A stretch of 64,000 nucleotides of DNA from Sphaerodactylus townsendi (taxonomy: Eukaryota): the NCBI RefSeq assembly GCF_021028975.2, contig NC_059433.1, forward strand, positions 80,600,001 through 80,664,000. The letters run 5' to 3'. The notes beneath the pieces were generated by a model that made no database searches, was not told where the DNA came from, and was given only the letters and a program-made list of their open reading frames with translations. Positions 55,298 to 64,000 of the stretch are shown here, one piece after another. How positions within the stretch are numbered: the first letter of the stretch is position 1; every line of letters begins with the position of its first letter. The position numbers and the translations under genes are program-made.

Positions 55298-55664
55298 TAG
55301 TTCTTACAAAATTTGATTTCTGGATGTCTTGAGATCATATGTTAAGTAATGTCACAAGGAGAACCAACAGTCGTCTTCCCTTCTAGGAGATCAGAAGAAG
55401 CGAGAGATGATTGGTTTCTAGGACTGCATGATTCCCCCTCCCTGGTTAAAGTTGTCAAGGTGAGGGGTGGGAGAAAGGCCAGAACAGAAGGAGTTTATGA
55501 TCCCACTTCCTATTCCTTACCTTTTTTTAAACCATGTTAATAGGTTCACATTCATATGTCTACAGCAAGCCAGGTGGATACTTGGGTCACACTACTCACT
55601 GGATGGTGCCTACGGTATTTTAGGAAAATGACATAGGTTGGTCAGTTGCAAAATCCAACAAGTC

Positions 55665-56212
55665 TTGTAATAGCTTTTATTAAGACCAACCTAAATAACG
55701 CAACACAGTGAAGTTTGCTTTCAAGTTCTCTCAAAGTCTTCATCAGGTTGGAGTTTTAAAAGGAGGGTGGGATCTTCCAGGTCATGATCTTGTCTACATC
55801 TGCTCGCTGAAGTCAGCAGAACATTTTATACTGATGCAGAGCAGATCTTAGCTTGAAATATGTGGCTTTTTCCGCTTCCTCTCTCCTAGGTTTGCCAACC
55901 TCCAGATGTGCTCTGGAGGTCTCCCAGAATTACAACTGACCACCAGGCTACAGAGATCAGTTCACTTTTGAAGGGTAGACTGTTTGGCATTATGTACTGA
56001 TGAAGTTCCTCTCCTGCCCTTCCCAAACTTCACCCTATCCAGGTTCCATGCCTTAAATCTCCAGATATGTCCCAGTCCAGAGCTGACAAACCAGCTCTCT
56101 CCTCCTCCTTTTTTTTAAAATAATCTTTACCCTGATGAAGAGTTCTGGAGCATTTGAAAACTTGTTCTTTGTGTATTGTTAGTTTGCTTGGTCTTAAAAG
56201 TTTTTATTAGGC
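55665..56212. mobile_element. Inverted-repeat element with CTGATGA..GAAA cores (Penelope-derived-like), interrupted by a tagggttgcc-type MITE at ~55887-56093
   Basis: Arms ~55665-55768 and ~56100-56212 are diverged reverse complements. Confidence 0.55.
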
Positions 56213-56719
56213 TTTTGGTTTGGGATGTTGTAATATTTTAGTCACATGTCAGAAATAATATTTACTCATAATTCTATCTTTTAATGAGACTGAAGGAGGG
56301 GGACATATAGTGCATACCATGAGTTCAGTAGTGTGTCTCTCAGCTAGTACATTCTCTCTCATCTCTGGCTTTTCCCAATTGAAATTTGAAGGGAACTTCC
56401 ATTTAATGTCTTTTGGGTCCCTTGCTTAACCTGGTGCTTTGCCAAAAGTGTGCTTGCAAATATTTCCTTTTTGATAAACACTTTTACATTTGGGATGCTG
56501 GTTGCAGTTCTCTGCACTACAAAAAGGCCTTTTATGCACAAGTCCATGAAAAATGTTCACAAAACATTTTCAGCCCCCCTCCCTCATTTGTTCCCACTCA
56601 CCACCTCAAAATGATTCCTGGCCACAATTTTGTGCTTCAAAGCCTTGTACTGTGACTCTTCATAGGTCACGCACTCAAAGTTTCAAAGGTATCACCACCC
56701 AAAAAAAAAACCTGACAAA

Positions 56720-56870
56720 GGCCCCTTCCACACATGCAGAATAATGCATTTTCGATCCACTTTCACAATTGTTTGCACGTGGATTTTGCTATTTTTCATA
56801 GCAAAATCCAGCTTCAAAGTGCACTGAAAGTGGATTGAAAGTGCATTTTTCTGCATGTGCGGAAGGGGCC
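56720..56870. mobile_element. Harbinger-type MITE nested in an older related element (~56526-57124)
   Basis: ggccccttccacacatgcag / ctgcatgtgcggaaggggcc TIRs. Confidence 0.85.
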
Positions 56871-57452
56871 ATTAATAAACAGGGAGGCAATAGAATGAGC
56901 TCAGAAAATGGTGCTGAGGATGAAGTCCTGGGGTGCAGAGAAGTGTGGGAGATACACACAGCAAGCCAAAATATTTTGAAAATGTTTCCACAAAAAATTG
57001 CTAAACTCCAGGATGCATTTAAAATGTTTCCAGGCTGGAAATAAAACATTTTGAGCTAAAAACATGGTGGAAACATTTTATTTCCTGCCTCAAAATGTTT
57101 CATTTTGGTTGTGTGGAAAAGGCCAGACCTCCACCATCTCGTACACACTATTTTTTAAAAGGGGATGTTAGGAAGCAGAAAGCTGGCAGTTTGCAAGCAG
57201 CCACTCCTTCAGGGGCTCACCTAGCTGTAAATTGCCCCATAGTGCCAGGAATGGGGAAGCAAGGCCTCAGAGTTGAAAAGGAAACTGGGAGATCTTGACC
57301 CTCCCAAGTGGGCAATTCCTGCAATGGTCAGGTGGTGGCAGCAGCTACCTGAAAGAGACAATCCCCTCCAGGAGAAGATTGAACCCCCAAGGTAGCATGG
57401 AATAGGGCCTGCAGATTATAACAGGTAATATCAGGTAATTTAAAAAATTTAA

Positions 57453-57674
<222 letters not shown>

Positions 57675-58754
57675 TGAGCGAAAGCATTATTGATTAATTT
57701 TATGGCATGCGACATGTAGCAGCAACACAGATAACTAGTTGTATCTCACTGATTTGGCCTCTAATTTAGTGTTCCAAGCTGGTAGTACTGTCTCCCAAAC
57801 TGATGATAAGGAGCATATTTTACTTTACAGAAGGCTAAATGTACTTCATTATTGAAAATGCCATCCTTTGGAATTTATTGTTTGGAAATGCTCTTACCCA
57901 TTGTGTTTTTATAGTACATGTATTTGTCATTAAGTGTAAGATGGCATTTATGAGTAATTGCTTTCTACACTCATACAGAAGCGTTCAACATTCTGCAATT
58001 TGAACAATACTTCAAAAGAGTTAAGAGAAGATCCTTACAGGAGAAAACTTTCTGCCCTTTGTAGCTGTGACACTAATTACTTGTGTGAATGGGCCATTAT
58101 AGTTAAACACAGCAGATACATCTTTCAGTTCTCCTTGCAACATCTTGAATGCCGTGAAGCTAGTTCATAAATGCATGGGCTGGTTAGCAATCTCAGGTGA
58201 TATCTAGGTTATGTATCAACGAGAATGTCAAGAGACTAGGCCTTTTTCACGGTCTCTTGTCAAACATCTAAACAGTGGTTCAAGCTGAATCCTAGGGAAA
58301 AAATACTGAAGTTTTCTGCTCACTGAGAAACTGAGGTCTAGTTGACAGTGGCCTCGGAGAGATAGATTAAGAGGAAGGAAGGTTTTCACAGGTGCCAGGA
58401 GATCATCATGCCCAGAAGTGTCAAGGCCATTAAAGTGGGTCTATATATTCCATTTTGCTGGAGTAAGGACTTGGACGTGATAGAGCTGCAGAGTGCCAAA
58501 ACTAATTGGCAGCTACCTGGTTATCAATGCCAATGGCTAGTCCAGTTACATCATTGACCTTACTTTTGATTGGTCAGCTAGAATCATGCCAAGACAGATT
58601 GTGAGACATATAGGAAAGATATTTTTAATTCTAGTTTTGCCCTCCATCTGGATTACAAGTAGCTTTGGGACACCTCTCTATTTTGGGTGGGCCAGTTTGG
58701 TTGGGTACCTGTTGACATGGGCTTTGGAACCAGCTGGGACTCGGTCTTGTCAAA

Positions 58755-59239
58755 GGCCGTTTCCGCACGGGCGGAAAATGACGGCCTGGAGACGGTAAAA
58801 ACGCCGTCTCCAGGCTGCCATTCGCACAGGCGGCGCAGCCGCAGCGCAGCCGCGCCGCCCCCGCGCCGCCCGGCTGGCCCACAGCCGGCATATTCCGAGA
58901 ACGCTAAGAAGCGTTCTTTTGGGAATACGCCGCCGTGAAGCCGCTGCCGTTCGGCGCCTCCCCGACCCGGCACTCACCTTGTCCCTGGGCCTCCGGCGTG
59001 TCGCTGAGGCCTGGGGACACGCCCCCCTGCCCTGCGCCGCTCGAGCAGGCGCGCAGGGCCAGGGGGGCGTGTCCCCAGGCCTCGGCGATGCGCCGGAGGC
59101 CCAGGGACAAGCCGGGTCGTGCGGGCGCCGGCGCTCCGCGGCCCCGGCTGCCCGCCTCTTCCCGGGACCGGTCCCAGCGTCTTCGGGTCGGCGCGAGAAG
59201 CGCCGACCCAGCCGTTTCCGCTGCCATGCAGAAACGGCC
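58755..59239. mobile_element. CpG-rich Harbinger-type element with central palindrome
   Basis: ggccgtttccgcacgg / ccatgcagaaacggcc TIRs; TSD AAA; hairpin ~58978-59111. Confidence 0.85.
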
Positions 59240-61819
59240 AAAGTATTATGTAGATTGAAACCAACACTTGTAAAAGGGCTTAGGTTAGTTATTTAGCTTT
59301 ATTATTTTATCCACACTATTTATATTCTTGCACAGTGTTTTAATGAATCACTTTAATTATACTCTGTGGTATTCTTGAACTCTGGGGCTTCAATCTGAAC
59401 CTAGTACTTTAGCTCATACCGGCTACAGCGATCAAATGAACGGTTTTCTAGAATTTACCTTGTAAGTATACAACCATACCATGTTAAACTTTTGTTCTTG
59501 GACCCAAGGGAGCTAGAGGCTTGCTCTCTGGCTGTCTGGGTAGTTAAGAGAACTGATGGCAGTGATATCCTGAGATGTGACATTGCACACTTCAGTCCTT
59601 TTGTCTGTTTGTCTTGCCCAATCCATCACCCTTAAACAGGACTTTGGCATTAAGATCCTTTGACTCAGACTTCTGAGTGAGAAGGTTGCTTTTATGATCC
59701 TGATCCCAGAAGAAATCAATCATGCCCACATTTCCATTCACTGAGAATGATTCGTGCCATGAGTAGGATGAGTGAAGTACTTTCTCTGAAATAGGGCCAG
59801 TGTGAGAGAAGCATGAGCAAGTTCTATCTCAGCACCAAATCATTTTTCCCCAAATTCCTACAGAGGACCAGTGATAGCAAGAATACAAGACACTTCTTTC
59901 CCCAAAGTCATTCTTGTGGGAGAACAGGCAGTACCTCCAGACAATATCAGGCTTGCTTAGAGGTGTATCTAGGGTGGGGCAAAGCAAAGCATGTATCCTG
60001 GACACAGCTTCTCAAGGTGTGCCAGCCCATGTCCTGCAGCCTCTAGGAGCAACTACCCCGCCCCCAAATTCCTATGGAGTTTGGGCACAGAAGAGCAATT
60101 TAAATGCTGAAGCTGACCTGTGTTTAATTGGGCTTGCCCTGCCTTCAAACACCACATGGGGGGTATGCCAGTTCAATGCTGTACTTGGCTTAGCTGGGTC
60201 GAGCTTTAAATTGCAGACTCCAAAGGTCAGGTGGAGCTTGGGTGGGAGTCAGCAGTATAAGGCTGGAGCTGATCAGACTGCTGGGCTCAGCCAAACTGGA
60301 TCAAAGCCTGCACTTTAAAGCTTGACCCAGCCAAACCCAGTGTGGAACAGGCACACCCCATCTCTGAACTTCACATGGAGTTTGGGGGAGGGGCAAGCCA
60401 TAGTGCTGTCCCTGGGCACCATTTTGGACAGATACATCTCTGGGCCTGTTTGTTGTATGATGGAAGAGAATCAAAGAAAGCTATGTGCAAGGGAAGAGAG
60501 AAATGTGACCCATTGTAGAATGGGAAAATACTGTAGCAGCTGAGGCTTTGGCAAAGGAGAGGGAAAAGATATGAGGAGATACGTTGATTGCATCTATTTT
60601 GCCTTTATCATCTTCCAGGACTTCCACGAAAGGCTCCTTTAATCTTCATCTGGTCTGGTCCTGTAGGTACCACGAACATGGTTCTGTCTTTTTGCAGAGT
60701 ATGAAACTGGTGCTGGGCTCTGCTAAGCTGACCTCAGGGGCCACTTTTTTGTAATTTTGTGATTTATTGATCACAGAAATCTGTGACTGAATCTATCCAA
60801 CATATTTTATTTTGACATCGGTTTCTTGTTTGTGGATCAGTTCTGCAAGTAGCCTTGAAACAAAGATCATGTATTTAATTGCTTGGTCACAGCTTCAAAA
60901 TCTACTTAAATACACCCCTTGAATGCAAATCAGGGGCTTCACTGAAAAACAACCACTGCTTTAAGTTCACCTCTCTTTGCATTTGAACTTTCTTTTAAAT
61001 GGGAGAGGCAGGACAATTTGCTGTTAGGCAGAGAGCAAAATAAGATATATAAGCTGGTGGGTTTTTAATTATTATTTTGCCGAGGATTTTGTTGACAAAA
61101 AATCTGCTAGCACATTAAAAGACACATAATTTTCATCGGCCTGTAATTTTATGTTCTTTCCAATAGCATCATTTCAGTGTCCAACCAACCACAAATCACA
61201 TGTCTGTGACCAAATGCTAACATCTGTAGCTGCAATTAATTGCACCTGCACATGACAGGGATCATTTCAGTGCTCCATAAAAAAACGTTTTCTGGTCATT
61301 AAATATCTGCAAAATGAACTTGACAGAAATCTTATGAGCATTAAAACGTGGTTTGCACATGTTTCACAGCTGTCTGACACCATGCAAAAGGATGGGAACG
61401 GTTCAAAATGCTATAAATCCCAGCCTTGGGACGCAAAGGGGCTGCTTGTTATTTGATGAGACAGAACAACATGGGCAGATACTGCTTTTATCCAAGTACT
61501 TCAAGTTTGTAGGAGAAATTGATTAAAAACAATCAGAAGGGAGGACCAGGAACATCATCTGAGTTATTTTAAAGGAATATTTGAAGGCAAATAAATTGTA
61601 ATAAATATTGTCCTTTATTTTCTTTTTCCAAATGCAAGCAACCTGTCAGGTTATTTTCCCAAAGCACTCCCACTTATATCTACTGTTTATTTTAATAGAT
61701 CTTCTGTTCAAGATTAGTTGAAATGAAAAAAAAGATGGCTACTAGATGTTGTTGAACTATGCCGATTGGGTGTTAGTGTTCAGTGTGTTGATTTGTTGAT
61801 ATGTTAAAACAGTTATATC

Positions 61820-62011
61820 CAGAGGTGGGATCCAACCAGTTCTCACCACTTCTCTAGAAGTGGTTACTAATTTTTTCTGAGTGCCGAGAAGGGGTTACCG
61901 AAGCAACCTCCCTGCCCAATAGGGACTGGAGGCGCATGTGTGGGGCGGCACCACTGTTTGAATCCCACCACCATCGGAACCTGTTATTAAAATGTTTGGA
62001 TCCCACCACTG
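61820..62011. mobile_element. hAT MITE
   Basis: cagaggtgggatcc / ggatcccaccactg TIRs; perfect TSD gttatatc. Confidence 0.88.
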
Positions 62012-62166
62012 GTTATATCCCCACTTTTTCAGAGGCCGTGATACCTAGAATTATTGGTTTTCAGACTCTTCTCCCCTTCCCCCAATGCCTTGAAATTTTA
62101 CCTAAAGAAAGTGAGAACTCATGCATTTAACTGTGGTGATACTGTTTTGTTACTGTTGCTTCTTAG

Positions 62167-62312
62167 GGATGGGCCTGACCAAAGTTCTCCACAGATTGGA
62201 CAGTTTAGTGGTAACACTGCTTTGGAGTCGGTCTACAGCACTTCAAATCAAATACTTATCAAGTTTCACAGTGACTTCACAACAAGTGGCTTCTTTGTGC
62301 TCAGTTATCATG
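62167..62312 (+). CDS. CSMD3: CSMD3 exon (CUB end) (W)DGPDQSSPQIGQFSGNTALESVYSTSNQILIKFHSDFTTSGFFVLSYH
   Basis: ttcttag acceptor, atg|gttagt donor; 146 nt, phase 2-1. Confidence 0.96.
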
Positions 62313-62729
62313 GTTAGTGGAATATATGTGTTGATTATCTAACAGGCTATCTTGTACAAAAATATTTCCCTGCCCCATTCCACTTGAGCAAGTGGTTACT
62401 CTGGTTAACAGAGTCATTACTACACCTATATTCATCTATAGATACATTTTTATGTATGTTAGTGTCATATTTCTACATGAGGAGAAAAAAATATTGGTAA
62501 TTTTTCTTAGTTAAAAATAACTGTAGAAGTAGAACATATACATACCAGTCACTTGTTTGTCCAGAAAGTTATATTGTTTGATACAAGTGTTGAATATTTA
62601 TCCACTGTCAATCAAAAACATGATATCGGATCCATTAATGGCTGCAAAAACATCAACTGCAAACAAACTTGGATAGCTGTTAAAACTGTGAGAATTGAAT
62701 TATGAGAATTAATTCTATAAGAATTAAAC

Positions 62730-62858
62730 TATGAAAATTGCCAGCCACAGATGCAGGCGAAATGTTAGGAACAATATCCACCAGACCACAACCACACAGC
62801 CTGGAAAAAACCCACCAGATCCATTTGAATCCGGTTGTGAAAACCTTCCACAATACAA
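62730..62858 (+). mobile_element. Penelope-like element terminal (pLTR) fragment
   Basis: gccagccacagatgcaggcgaaa..acagcctggaaa..ccggttgtgaaaaccttccacaataca resembles squamate Penelope ends. Confidence 0.65.
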
Positions 62859-63772
62859 TAATTCTAAGCCTTTTCTTCATGAGAATAGATCTTATGATCT
62901 TCAGGCATGTACTAGAGGGAAAGAGATCATGGAGAGTTTACCACAGTTACTTGCATACCTGTAACCTTGAAAGGGAAAAGCACATAAAGTTAGGGCTGAC
63001 TTGATCTTCACACTGGTAGATTGTTCAGGGAGATGCTCTTGGGATTCATTTTTGCCTAATCTTATCAGCTGCCTCAGAACACTTTCAAGCCATATAAATT
63101 CACACACTATCTCTGCCCCATGGCACCATCTCCTACATGACCACAAGTTTCCACTTCTTGTGACACATCAGTGTCAGAACTAATTTCAAATGGTGAAATA
63201 TGAGCCTGTTCTCATATCCCCTGTTCTCTAGTGCCAGTCACACCAACTTCCCTTATTTCTGCCATCAACCATTCCCCAGATTCATGTAACTTTTGCCTAA
63301 TTCCTGCTTTTGCCATCAGTCTTACTAGTTGAACTCGGGCGCTAAAAGCACCATACATATAAAACCAGAATCATTGAGATTTGGGACTTCCTACAAGTCC
63401 TGCCCCTAATCCCAAATGTGCAGTGATGGCTGTCATAATTCTGTAGGGAGGGAAGTTACTTCTCATAAGTACCGTAGTACTGTGCTGTTGACTGGTCCTT
63501 CTAATGTTCCAGAGCCAACATTACAAGCAGTCCCCTGCTTCAAATTAAGCTCTGGAATCCTTAGCCTTCTCTTCACTTTCCAACAATTAAATTCTTGAGG
63601 AAAAAAAAGATACAAACTATTTGGGTCAAAGATGTAATCTCCAGACCTTGCTGTTTGGGAACTTGAAAAAAGTTATCAAGATGTTTGTTTATTTTCTTGA
63701 GTATCTTCTTGGATTAAGACCCACAGTTTTCAAGTCCTGATGTTTGCACTTATAATAATGAATATATCACTA

Positions 63773-64000
63773 CTAGTGTGGTGTAGTGATTAAGAGCAGT
63801 GAACTCTTATCTGAAGAACTGGGTTTGATTTCCCACTCCTCCACATGAGCGGTGGACTCATAGCTGGTGAACTGAATTTGTTTCCCTACTCCTACACATG
63901 AAGTCTGCTGGGAGACTTTGGGCTAACCACAGTTCTCTCAGAACTCTCTCAGCCTCACCTACCTCACAAGGTGTCTCTTTGGGAAGAGAAAGAGAAGGTG
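63773..64000 (+). mobile_element. Squam3-type SINE (runs off window end)
   Basis: gtgtggtgtagtgattaagag..gggtttgatttccc..ctctctcagcctcacctacctcacaagg. Confidence 0.8.

Noticed and set aside
58586-59296. Cluster of overlapping 80-160 aa Arg/Ala/Pro/Gly-rich ORFs on both strands
   Set aside because: Stop-poor by-product of a GC-rich palindromic MITE with TIRs and a TSD; no recognisable protein.

Overview
This is eukaryotic (squamate reptile, most likely gecko) genomic DNA lying entirely within one large + strand gene, CSMD3 (CUB and Sushi multiple domains 3). I resolved 13 consecutive internal coding exons between 19737 and 62312. All are GT-AG with compatible phases and join into a stop-free 1770-nt (590-codon) frame: end of CUB, then sushi-CUB three times, roughly CUB10-13 by recollection. 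The first ~19.7 kb and the last ~1.7 kb are intronic. The introns are full of squamate repeats: Squam3-type tRNA SINEs, a Sauria SINE, 5S-derived SINEs, CR1/L2/RTE-X LINE fragments, hAT MITEs with 8-bp TSDs, PIF/Harbinger-type MITEs with 3-bp TSDs, Penelope-derived pieces and probable DIRS/Ngaro-like terminal repeats. There is a 140-N assembly gap at 52343-52482. No prokaryotic system, CRISPR array or second protein-coding gene is supported. The best leads are structural: (1) a palindromic MITE that encodes a complete, self-masked candidate poison exon (24418-24523); (2) a ~270-bp inverted, apparently templated insertion flanked by a ~65-bp direct repeat (122-528); (3) a ~1.1-kb foldback (22684-23761); (4) an inverted pair of hammerhead-like cores (55717-56160); (5) triple-nested transposons with insertions at the same internal site in two copies. 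Repeat family names come from motif recall, not a database search.
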